This document shows positions 17,481-25,557 of a stretch of DNA of 64,000 nt, one piece after another (positions within the stretch are counted from its first letter, which is position 1; every line of letters begins with the position of its first letter). The notes under the pieces are model-generated. The model made no database searches. It was given only the letters and a program-made list of their open reading frames with translations, and was not told the origin of the DNA. The translations under genes were made by a program, and so were the position numbers. The stretch is from NCBI GenBank assembly GCA_015233405.1, contig JADFXT010000012.1:2075-66074 (forward strand), read 5' to 3'. The DNA comes from Candidatus Omnitrophota bacterium (GTDB taxonomy: Bacteria; Omnitrophota; Gorgyraeia; Zapsychrales; Zapsychraceae).

Positions 17481-19559
17481 ATGGGGTTGAATGCTTTTTC
17501 TATATCGGGTATCACCTTAGCTATTACGTGCTTTTTCTTCACGATCTTTTTATTTATTACTGGAAGAACTAAACTTCATCGGGTTTGGGCTTACTTTAAT
17601 CTAGTTGTGGGGCTTTGGGGCGCAGGCGCATTCTTTGTTGGCGTAATAAAAGACAAAGCGGTTGTTTTGGATGTCTTGCGATTGGTTCATGTTCCAATAA
17701 CTTTCATCCCAATCTTGAATTTTCATGTGGTTTATTTGTTATGTGGGTTAAAGTCGAGAAGGATTTTGCAATTAGTATACCTTCAGGGCATATTTTTCAG
17801 CTGTTGTTCTTTGTCCCTTCCTGGGTTTATTCCTGAAGTTCGATTGATTTTTCATTCTTTTTATTATCATACGGCTGGCCGCCCAATCTTTTATTATTAT
17901 TTCTTCTTTTGGTCAGCGATCGTTATCTATAGTCATATCCTTTTATTTCAAAAATTCAGAAATTCTGTCGGGCGGCTTAGGACCCAAATTCTTTATTTCT
18001 TTGTCGGAACGGCAGTAGGATTTTCAGGAGGCATTACAAACTTTTTTCCGGTTTTTAATATTGGAATATATCCTTTTGGGAATTTTCTAATACCCATATA
18101 TTGTCTGATTGTTACCTATGCAATATTAAAGTATCGCTTAATGGATGTGAAGCTCGCCCTCACCCGCACCAGTATTTTTGTCGCGGTGTATTCGTTGGTT
18201 TTGGGCGTGCCGTTCGCCATCGGCTTTGGACTGCAGGGGCAGTTACGGCAATTTTTAGGTGGGGACTGGTGGATGGTTCCGCTCATATCCTCGACGGTGT
18301 TGGCCACGGCCGGGCCGTATATCTATTTGTACATCCAGAAGAAGGCCGAGAACCGGCTCTTGCAGGAACAGCACCAATATCAAAACACGCTACGCCGCGC
18401 GTCGTTCGGTATGGGACGGGTCAAGGATTTAAAGCGGCTATTGGACCTGATCGTCCACATCGTGACGCACACGGTCAAGATCGAACACTGCTCGATCTAT
18501 TTGTTGGGGGAGGGAGGAAACCAATATGCGTTGAGAGCGACGAAGGGAATCAGGGTGGACAGTAATATCCTCCCTGACAACTCCGCCCTCATCCGCCATA
18601 TCGCCAGCGTCAAGGAGCCGGTTGTATTCGACGAGATAAGCCAGCAATCCCAGGATTTTAATAGCCCGGACCTTCAGGCGGTCGAAGCGGGGATGAAGGC
18701 CTTGGACGCGGCGTTGGTCGTTCCGATATTTGTCCGTAACCGGCTTAAGGCGCTGTTGGTCTTAGGCAAGAAGGAGTCAGGCAAGATCTATAATAGCGAC
18801 GACATCGCGGTCTTTGCCATCCTCGCTAATCAGTCGGCCTTAGGCATCGAGAACGCGCTTCAATATGCGGAGATGGAGACCATGCAGCGCGCGCTCTACC
18901 AGAAAGAAAAGCTCGCGTACGTCGGCCAGCTGGCGAGTGTGGTCGCGCATGAAATTCGGAATCCTTTGACCACGATAAAGACGTTTTGGGAATACTTGCC
19001 GCTTAAATACAATGAGCCAGAATTTAAGAGGAACTTTGAGACGCTGGTGCCGAAGGAAATTAGCCGCATGGAGGGCGTCGTCAATGACCTGTTGGATTTG
19101 GCGCGGCCGCTTCAGCTAAAGAAAGAGGCGGTCAAGATCAATGACATTTTAAATGAAACGTTGATGTTAGCGAAAGAAGTGCTGGATTCAAAGCGTGTTC
19201 GCGTTGAAAAAGATTTTGTGGCAAATGATGTCGCGATTTACGCCGATGCTGAACGGTTGAAGCAGGTCTTTTTAAATTTGATTCAGAATGCGTCGCAAGC
19301 AATGGACAATGGCGGGATTTTGACTTTACGTACAGAGCTCAATGATTCACGTTTCACGATTTCTATTTCCGATACCGGCTGCGGTATGCCTCCGGAAACG
19401 CTGGATAAAATTTTTACCCCATTTATGACGACGAAGAAAGATGGTGTTGGCTTAGGACTCATTATCACGAAGGATATTATCACCGAGCACGGTGGAAGCA
19501 TAGCGGTAGAGAGTGAAGTAGGGAAGGGAACAAAGATAACGATTCATTTACCAATGTAA
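17481..19559 (+). CDS. Sensor histidine kinase, 7TM membrane domain + GAF-like + kinase core (HK3)
   Basis: The N-terminal two thirds are collinear with HK2 (e.g. PIYCLIVTYAILK, YLYIQK..NTLRRAS). The kinase core is collinear with HK1 (EKLAYVGQLASVVAHEIRNPL, DTGCGM, GVGLGL). Confidence 0.85.
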   Translation: MGLNAFSISGITLAITCFFFTIFLFITGRTKLHRVWAYFNLVVGLWGAGAFFVGVIKDKAVVLDVLRLVHVPITFIPILNFHVVYLLCGLKSRRILQLVYLQGIFFSCCSLSLPGFIPEVRLIFHSFYYHTAGRPIFYYYFFFWSAIVIYSHILLFQKFRNSVGRLRTQILYFFVGTAVGFSGGITNFFPVFNIGIYPFGNFLIPIYCLIVTYAILKYRLMDVKLALTRTSIFVAVYSLVLGVPFAIGFGLQGQLRQFLGGDWWMVPLISSTVLATAGPYIYLYIQKKAENRLLQEQHQYQNTLRRASFGMGRVKDLKRLLDLIVHIVTHTVKIEHCSIYLLGEGGNQYALRATKGIRVDSNILPDNSALIRHIASVKEPVVFDEISQQSQDFNSPDLQAVEAGMKALDAALVVPIFVRNRLKALLVLGKKESGKIYNSDDIAVFAILANQSALGIENALQYAEMETMQRALYQKEKLAYVGQLASVVAHEIRNPLTTIKTFWEYLPLKYNEPEFKRNFETLVPKEISRMEGVVNDLLDLARPLQLKKEAVKINDILNETLMLAKEVLDSKRVRVEKDFVANDVAIYADAERLKQVFLNLIQNASQAMDNGGILTLRTELNDSRFTISISDTGCGMPPETLDKIFTPFMTTKKDGVGLGLIITKDIITEHGGSIAVESEVGKGTKITIHLPM

Positions 19560-19647
19560 TAAGCGATCAGTGGACGGTGGCCAATTTTCGATTTGTTTTT
19601 CTCTGATCACTGGCCTCTGACCACTAAACCAATAGAAAGGCACACGC

Positions 19648-20007
19648 ATGTCAAAGCTACTCATTGTCGACGACGAAGTGGATATTAGGGAATTCGCGCG
19701 CAGTTTCTTTAAAAAGCGCGGGATTGAGGTCTTTACCGCCGAGAACGGAACGCTGGCGCTTGAAACGATTGAGCGGGAAAAACCGGATTTGGTTTTGTTG
19801 GATATCACAATGGAAGGCTTAAGCGGGCTTGACGTTCTTACGGCAATAAGAGAGAATAATAATCCGGTGAAGGTCATTATGGTCACCGGGATCGAAGATG
19901 AAGAGGTCGTCAAGAAAGCTAATGGCCTTGGGGTTTTGAGCTATATTCATAAGCCGCTGGTCTTAGAGGAGCTGGAAAAGATTGTTCTCAAGGAGTTGAA
20001 GGGATAA
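19648..20007 (+). CDS. Single-domain response regulator (CheY-like receiver)
   Basis: LLIVDDE, phospho-acceptor context DLVLLDITMEG, VIMVTG, IHKP. 119 aa. Confidence 0.85.
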   Translation: MSKLLIVDDEVDIREFARSFFKKRGIEVFTAENGTLALETIEREKPDLVLLDITMEGLSGLDVLTAIRENNNPVKVIMVTGIEDEEVVKKANGLGVLSYIHKPLVLEELEKIVLKELKG

Positions 20008-20026
20008 AAATTACGGAATTTGTGTT

Positions 20027-21229
20027 ATGATAAAGGATAATATGAAAATTGATTATAAAAAAGAGCTTGAATCAGCGTCGAAAAGCATGATCATGATCCA
20101 TGATCCTAAGCTTTTGATCAAGCTTATCATCCGGATGTTGGTGCGAAAATTGCGCATTCGACATGCCGGCATGATCCTTTTTGACCCGAAGAAAAATGTT
20201 TATGTCTTGGATATCTCTCGAGGAGAGCGCGGGCTAAAAATTCCGGAGGGCTTCACCCGTTTTTATGAGGAAAGCCCCATCATCAGGCTTTTTAAGAAAG
20301 ATGAGTTCAAACATTTGACCATCAACCGAAGCGCGATTGTCTCGACGGATATTAATCGGATGATCTGGCGGGAGAGTGTGCTGGAGAATGGGCACGGCAA
20401 TGGGACCAAAGAATTATTGCATCAGGTCGATGAGCAAATGCAAATGCTTAATGCCGTTGCTTGCGTCCCGTCGTATTATCAGGATAATCTCTTGGCGATT
20501 TTATTGCTGGGCGAGAAATATGACGGTTTAAAGTTTGAACAGGCGGAACTGGATTTCTTTTCAGCATTAGCTTCCGATGCGGCGATGGCCATCCGTAATG
20601 CTCAGCTATTTGAAGGTTTAAGGAAAGAGGCGTCTCGTCACAGAAAGCTTTTTATCCAGACCATTATTGCCCTTAGTTCCGCCATTGAAGCCAAAGACCC
20701 TTATACGAAAGGGCATACCGAGCGCGTCACCAGTATGTCTTTGATTTTGGCTCGCCAGATGGAATTCGACGGAAGCCTCAAATGTGATAATAGTTTTATG
20801 GAAAATCTTTATATCGCAAGCCTTTTGCATGATATTGGGAAGATCGCTGTTCCCGAGGCTATTTTAAATAAACCGGGCCGTCTGACCGACACAGAATATG
20901 AAGTGATCAAGATGCATCCTTCCAAGGGCGTGGAAATTATTGAATCGCTCGAGCTGCCGGAGGGGTGCTTGGAGGGAATACGGCATCATCATGAGCGTTA
21001 TGACGGCATGGGGTATCCTCATAAGTTAAAAGCCGACGAGATTCCGATGACCGCTGCCATTATTTCTGTTGCGGATTCTTTTGATGCCATGACAACCGAT
21101 AGGCCTTATCGACGGAGTTTATCCAAAGAAATGGCTATCGAAGAGGTCAAATGTAATGCGGGCTCTCAATTCCATCCTGTTGTGGTCGAGGCTATTGTGG
21201 GGATGTGGGAAAAGGGGATTATTTGTTAA
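20027..21229 (+). CDS. GAF domain + HD-GYP domain protein (putative c-di-GMP phosphodiesterase)
   Basis: HD motif LLHDIGKIAVP, HHERYDGMGYP (GYP), KGHTERV. Confidence 0.85.
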   Translation: MIKDNMKIDYKKELESASKSMIMIHDPKLLIKLIIRMLVRKLRIRHAGMILFDPKKNVYVLDISRGERGLKIPEGFTRFYEESPIIRLFKKDEFKHLTINRSAIVSTDINRMIWRESVLENGHGNGTKELLHQVDEQMQMLNAVACVPSYYQDNLLAILLLGEKYDGLKFEQAELDFFSALASDAAMAIRNAQLFEGLRKEASRHRKLFIQTIIALSSAIEAKDPYTKGHTERVTSMSLILARQMEFDGSLKCDNSFMENLYIASLLHDIGKIAVPEAILNKPGRLTDTEYEVIKMHPSKGVEIIESLELPEGCLEGIRHHHERYDGMGYPHKLKADEIPMTAAIISVADSFDAMTTDRPYRRSLSKEMAIEEVKCNAGSQFHPVVVEAIVGMWEKGIIC

Positions 21230-21388
21230 CGGCGAATGGCATTGATTCTGCGTACTCGGGCATGGTTAACCTTGACTTTGCGCTACGACTTAAGTAATAT
21301 GATGTCTCTTTTAAAGAAATACTTTTGTTATCCTCAACTACCTTGGTTTTGTGTCTAGAAATGATTGGGGATCCACAAGAATTTTATT

Positions 21389-21455
21389 CTGGATTCCCGC
21401 CTTGGTCCGCCTTCGCTTACCATCCCGTTTTGGGGCGGGATCGCGGGAATGACAG
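21389..21455. repeat. REP-like element of the same family as 8053-8142, with a 41-nt insert
   Basis: The termini ctggattcccgc ... gcgggaatgacag match the termini of the hairpins at 8053-8142. Confidence 0.6.
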
Positions 21456-21477
21456 TCTTAGCAATTTGATTGGATTA

Positions 21478-21749
21478 GTGCCTGTCCTGCTTTTCTGGAG
21501 GAGCATCTATTGTAGCTGGACTAGGCGCAAATTTTTCTAGATAGAACATTTTAGTTGTGATTTGAAGATTGTGCCTGTCCTGCTTTTCTGGGAGAAGATC
21601 TATTGTAGCTGGACTAGGCGCAAATCTTTCTAGATAGAACATTTTAGTTGTGATTTGAAGATTGTGCCTGTCCTGCTTTTCTGTAGGAAGATTTATTGTA
21701 GCTGGACTAGGCGCAAATTTTTCTAAATAAAACATTTTAGTGGTTATTT
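21478..21749 (+). repeat. Three tandem 93-bp repeats (the third is 86 bp) directly abutting tRNA-Arg
   Basis: Units start at 21478, 21571 and 21664 with gtgcctgtcctgcttttctg. They are near identical except for a roughly 10-nt variable patch at unit positions 21-31. Confidence 0.9.
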
Positions 21750-21821
21750 GCGCCTGTAGCGTAACGGATAGCGCGTTGGCCTCCGGAGCCATATGTGGCC
21801 GTTCAATTCGGCCCAGGCGCA
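21750..21821 (+). tRNA. tRNA-Arg (anticodon CCG)
   Basis: Manual cloverleaf. Acceptor GCGCCTG/CAGGCGC, D arm GCGT..GCGC, anticodon loop CTCCGGA, T arm GGCCG TTCAATT CGGCC. 72 nt, no encoded CCA. Confidence 0.85.
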
Positions 21822-21837
21822 TTTTTTTGGAATGTAA

Positions 21838-22209
21838 TTAGGCGATCAGCTTTGTAACAGCCTTCAGGATCTCTTCGACTTTAAAAGGTTTGACGATGTA
21901 CCCGTCGGCGCCAAGCCGTGCGGCCTCGCTGGCAGTCTCTACGGATTTATATCCCGTCACCATGACGACTTTCACATCTTTCCGCAATTCTTTCATCTGT
22001 TTAAGGACGTCCAGGCCGTTGATTTGCGGCATTTTAATATCCAAAAAGGCGAGGGCGATTGTCTTGTCGTGCTTGAGGCACTCTAGGGCTTGCTCGGGGC
22101 TGTCGGCGATAATCAGGTTGTAATGGTCGGCTAAAACAAGTTTTAAGGATTCACGGATGCCTTCTTCATCGTCGACGATTAGAATTTTTTTAGAGACTTT
22201 CTGGTTCAT
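21838..22209 (-). CDS. Single-domain response regulator (CheY-like receiver)
   Basis: ILIVDDEEG, FLDIKMPQINGLD, VVMVTGY, IVKPF. 123 aa. Confidence 0.85.
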   Translation of the reverse strand: MNQKVSKKILIVDDEEGIRESLKLVLADHYNLIIADSPEQALECLKHDKTIALAFLDIKMPQINGLDVLKQMKELRKDVKVVMVTGYKSVETASEAARLGADGYIVKPFKVEEILKAVTKLIA

Positions 22210-22230
22210 GCCATCCTCCTTAGTTTTGAG

Positions 22231-22782
22231 CTATAGCGCTGCAGGTGTTGTTACGCAGAGAGCCTTGGCTAAAGATTTGCTTGCGTTTTCAAAATAGTGC
22301 GAAACGGATGCATCAAAATAAAGGCTGTGCGTTTTAGAAAGCGTATAGACTTTTTCTCCGATATGGGCGGTGAGCTGACCGTCTAGAACATAAATGAATT
22401 TTTCTGTTCCCGCCCGATTCTTTTCCTTGTTCGTTTTCCCCTTGGGTTCAATTTTTACGAGAACAGGCATCATCTTCTTGGAGAGGACTTTGGCCGTTAA
22501 GATCTCATAGGACGACTTATCGCTATGGACAAAGATGTCGGTGTCTGTTTCGTCGTTCTTAATATTGATCTTTTCTTCTTCTGCGACGAGATTTGTATAG
22601 AGTTGCGTGATGTCCGCGCCCAAGGCCTCGGCGATCTTCATATGGGATTCCAGTGTTCCTACCATTTTCATGTGTTCGATGCGAGAGAGGGTCGCGATCT
22701 GCACGCCGCTTTTTTCCGCCAATTGTTTTAAGGTTAAATGATTTTCTTCGCGTAATTCTTTTAATCGTTTTCCGATATACAT
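22231..22782 (-). CDS. XRE-family HTH transcriptional regulator with a C-terminal cupin domain
   Basis: N-terminal HTH LKELREENHLTLKQLAEKSGVQIATLSRIE. The C-terminal roughly 100 aa is beta-rich and cupin-like (GTEKFIYVLDGQLTAHIGEKVYTL). Confidence 0.8.
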   Translation of the reverse strand: MYIGKRLKELREENHLTLKQLAEKSGVQIATLSRIEHMKMVGTLESHMKIAEALGADITQLYTNLVAEEEKINIKNDETDTDIFVHSDKSSYEILTAKVLSKKMMPVLVKIEPKGKTNKEKNRAGTEKFIYVLDGQLTAHIGEKVYTLSKTHSLYFDASVSHYFENASKSLAKALCVTTPAAL

Positions 22783-22968
22783 AAGAGGGTCCTTTGACTG
22801 GTGAAAATTTATTTTTTGATATTTTTAGCTTATCATAAATTGATGATTTGTCAAATATGATTTGCACAAAATCAAATTTAATTTTTCAGTTTTTGGGAAA
22901 AATTTTCATGATTCTCGTAACTTATTGGGGTGTATAGGTTTAAATGTTAGTAAAATAATCAATAATGT

Positions 22969-22997
22969 TTGACAAATCATCAAACTCATGCTATTAT
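22969..22997 (+). promoter_or_regulatory. Near-consensus sigma70 promoter for the 23023 gene
   Basis: TTGACA (22969-22974), 17-nt spacer, TATTAT (22992-22997). The -35 is embedded in a 16-nt sequence that recurs inverted at 22840-22855. Confidence 0.55.
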
Positions 22998-23022
22998 GGT
23001 TTTCATAAAGGAGACGAAGAAC

Positions 23023-23271
23023 ATGTCTAGTGAAATGTTTGATGATGAAATTCAAAATCCCCCCAAGCCTGTTCCGTTTTCCGATGTCGAAAAAGAACGA
23101 TTCATCACCGTCTACACTATTTTTTCATTCCTCATGAAAATCAAAACGCATTTGGGCCTCGAGGCGATGCTAGAGTATGTCGAAGGATATATGAAGGAGA
23201 TCGAAGAATCCTGCCCCGAGATGAAGAACGCTGTAACCCAGGCGATGGGGATGATGAATCGCAAGAATTAA
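23023..23271 (+). CDS. Hypothetical small protein (82 aa)
   Basis: ATG 23023 is preceded by AAGGAGA. The track start at 22969 lies inside the promoter. No recognisable motif. Confidence 0.5.
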   Translation: MSSEMFDDEIQNPPKPVPFSDVEKERFITVYTIFSFLMKIKTHLGLEAMLEYVEGYMKEIEESCPEMKNAVTQAMGMMNRKN

Positions 23272-23285
23272 AGGGGGAAATCGTT

Positions 23286-24956
23286 ATGAATAAGCATAAG
23301 CTCTTTCAAGCTGTATTCTATCTATGCATGGTGTCCTTAAGCGTTTTTAGCCTTGGGTTTTCTAGTAGTTCCGTCGTCTGGCGAAAATTACAAAACGGTA
23401 TTTATGAAAAAGACATCCGTTGTATGGCGAGCCGGTCAAACATTCCTTCCTTATATATAGGGACCAATAGAGCCCTGTATCAGTCTAATTTAAAGAACCC
23501 CGAGTTTAAGCGGATTTTAAGAATTCAAGGGACCTTTACCGGGATCAACGATGTTTTTATCCCACTCGACGAGCCGCAAGTTATTTTTGTGGCCACGGAT
23601 AACGGCGCTTATCAAAGCCGTGATGACGGTAGGCGATGGGAAAAGATCTTTAGCTCCTCTGATGAATTGTCGAGAAGATGCCAGAGCATTGCCCAATATG
23701 GCGACACGCTCTATGTGGGCACCCTTAAAGGAATTTTTCAGAAAGAAAAGAATGTTTCAACATGGACAAAGGTCAAGGGGGAATTTTTAAATAGCCCGAT
23801 TTATCATATTAAAGTTTATGACAATATCATTTATTTTTCCGACGAGAACTCGGTTTATTCTCTAACGCCTTCGGATCAGCGCGCACAACAGATTTTTGAC
23901 CTCGGCGCATCCCAAGGCTTGGAAGAAGGTGAGACCAGTGAGGAAGAGGCTTTGTCCGAAGATCTGATTAAGGCCATTGAGATCAAAGGGCCGTATATTT
24001 TTCTTGCGACAGCGAGAGGGATCTTTTATCGGAACCTGGCCTCTTCCCAGTGGTCGCGGCTTCCAGCGGACGCTGTTCCCATGAGCCGGCTGGCCAGCTT
24101 TGTTGCCGTCAAATCCCCGTCAATTAATGAGGGTAAAGAAAATTCCATAGCTTCGTATGTCTTTTTGGCGGCGACGGACAGAGGCGTGTATTTATACCAA
24201 AATGAGAGTTGGAAATCCGCGTACCGAGGGATGGAAACTAATCATGTGTCACAGGTCTTAAGCTTTGGTGATTTGGTTTATGCCGCAACGGACAAAGGAA
24301 TTTTTTCTTTATCTTCAGAGCAAGCGCTATCTTTCCCTGGCGATAAGATAAAGAATAAAAATGAGAAGAAAGAATCCCCAAAAATTAGTAATTTGGTCTT
24401 TTCCGACGAGCCAAGCGTCCAGGCTGTTCATGAAATGGCAGTTGATTATGCAGAGGTGAGCGCTCAAAAGATAAAAACCTGGAGAGAAGAAGCCGCAAAG
24501 AAGGCCTGGCTTCCGTCAGTCAGCCTAGGAGCTTCCCATGACCGAAACCGCACGACGTCAGATAGTATTTGGGGAACGTATACGGGTGGCGGGCAATATT
24601 ATCGAGGGCCCAACGACAGGACGGTTTATCGCAACTGGGGTTGGGATGTGTCGTTAAGTTGGGACTTGGGGGATATTGTCTGGACGAGCGATCAGACGTC
24701 GATTGATTCGCGCTCAAAAATGATGGTCGAACTTCGGGGAGATATTTTAGACCAAGTGACGCGGCTTTATTTCGAGCGCCGGCGAGCGCAAATGGAAATG
24801 ACGAATGCGACGGCTGAGGATGATGCGACAAAGATCGACCAGGAGCTACGCATCCAGGAGCTGACCGCGCTTATTGACGGGTTAACGGGGGGAAAGTTCA
24901 GCTTGGCGATAAAGGAACAAAAACAGGAGCATACATCACCAAACGGTGATTTGTAA
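23286..24956 (+). CDS. Secreted hypothetical protein with a BNR/Asp-box beta-propeller-like region and a W/G/Y-rich C-terminal domain
   Basis: N-terminal signal-like hydrophobic segment. Asp-box-like SRDDGRRW. Repeated YxATDxGxY-type strands. The C-terminus carries WGWDVSLSWDLGDIVW followed by a helical stretch. Confidence 0.55.
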   Translation: MNKHKLFQAVFYLCMVSLSVFSLGFSSSSVVWRKLQNGIYEKDIRCMASRSNIPSLYIGTNRALYQSNLKNPEFKRILRIQGTFTGINDVFIPLDEPQVIFVATDNGAYQSRDDGRRWEKIFSSSDELSRRCQSIAQYGDTLYVGTLKGIFQKEKNVSTWTKVKGEFLNSPIYHIKVYDNIIYFSDENSVYSLTPSDQRAQQIFDLGASQGLEEGETSEEEALSEDLIKAIEIKGPYIFLATARGIFYRNLASSQWSRLPADAVPMSRLASFVAVKSPSINEGKENSIASYVFLAATDRGVYLYQNESWKSAYRGMETNHVSQVLSFGDLVYAATDKGIFSLSSEQALSFPGDKIKNKNEKKESPKISNLVFSDEPSVQAVHEMAVDYAEVSAQKIKTWREEAAKKAWLPSVSLGASHDRNRTTSDSIWGTYTGGGQYYRGPNDRTVYRNWGWDVSLSWDLGDIVWTSDQTSIDSRSKMMVELRGDILDQVTRLYFERRRAQMEMTNATAEDDATKIDQELRIQELTALIDGLTGGKFSLAIKEQKQEHTSPNGDL

Positions 24957-25011
24957 TAACAATGGCGCCAACATTAAAACCAGCAGGATAAAAATTAAAG
25001 GGGGTGAAAAA

Positions 25012-25245
25012 ATGTTTAAACGATTTGCCATGATGGCTCTTTTATTAGCCTTTTTAACAGCGTCTACGGCGGCGTTTGCCGATAATGTTTATGTGACGGC
25101 AAAGGGAAACAAGTATCATAAAGCCGATTGCCGGTTGATTAAGAATAAACAAACAGTTGAGATGGATAAGCAAAAGGCCATTCAACAAGGTTATAAACCT
25201 TGCAAAAAATGTTCAAAAGACGAAGTCCAGCCAGAAAATAAGTAA
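25012..25245 (+). CDS. Small secreted Cys-containing protein (KYHxxxC ... PCKKC motif)
   Basis: ATG 25012 follows GGGGGTG. Signal peptide MFKRFAMMALLLAFLTASTAAFA. Four Cys/His residues are arranged like a small metal-binding domain. Confidence 0.55.
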   Translation: MFKRFAMMALLLAFLTASTAAFADNVYVTAKGNKYHKADCRLIKNKQTVEMDKQKAIQQGYKPCKKCSKDEVQPENK

Positions 25246-25557
25246 AGTTTACCTTATGGGGGTGTCATGAACAAATGAAAGGAGAACCATTGGGGGGATG
25301 AACCAGCGTGTTTATGACACGAAAAGGGGAATCGAGTGGTCGCTCGCATGACACCTCCATTTAATAACGCTTCAATGATGGGATTGGTCCATCCGTCGAT
25401 AGAATCCAACAATTTTCTTCGTTTTAACGTATGAGAAGAGGAAATTCTTCCTTTCTAGAAAAATAATAACCCAGAATTATTCAATCATTGTAATTATCTT
25501 ATAGTATAATATTCCGTTATTTATAAAGAGATTGTCTTTAAAGAAGGAAAAAGGTTG

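Noticed and set aside
21478-21749. Possible CRISPR array.
   Set aside because: The 93-bp units are contiguous with no unique spacers, the unit is far longer than CRISPR repeats, and no cas genes are present in the window.
21475-21822. A 115-aa minus-strand ORF with three 31-aa repeats (QITTKMFYLEKFAPSPATI...).
   Set aside because: It is simply the translation of the 93-bp DNA repeats, whose period is divisible by 3. Its start codon lies antisense inside tRNA-Arg and it has no RBS. I treat it as an artefact, although the preserved frame is noted.
25298-25351. A 17-codon leader peptide (MNQRVYDTKRGIEWSLA) inside the structured element.
   Set aside because: The distance from AAGGAG is long (13 nt), there is no regulatory codon bias, and no terminator U-tract follows. 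The evidence is insufficient to call a leader peptide.
25246-25557. Cobalamin riboswitch upstream of the B12-radical-SAM gene.
   Set aside because: I found no B12-box-like GCCACTG core or the expected conserved junction sequences. An AT-rich promoter-like region lies between the structured element and the gene. A covariance-model scan would be needed to be certain.
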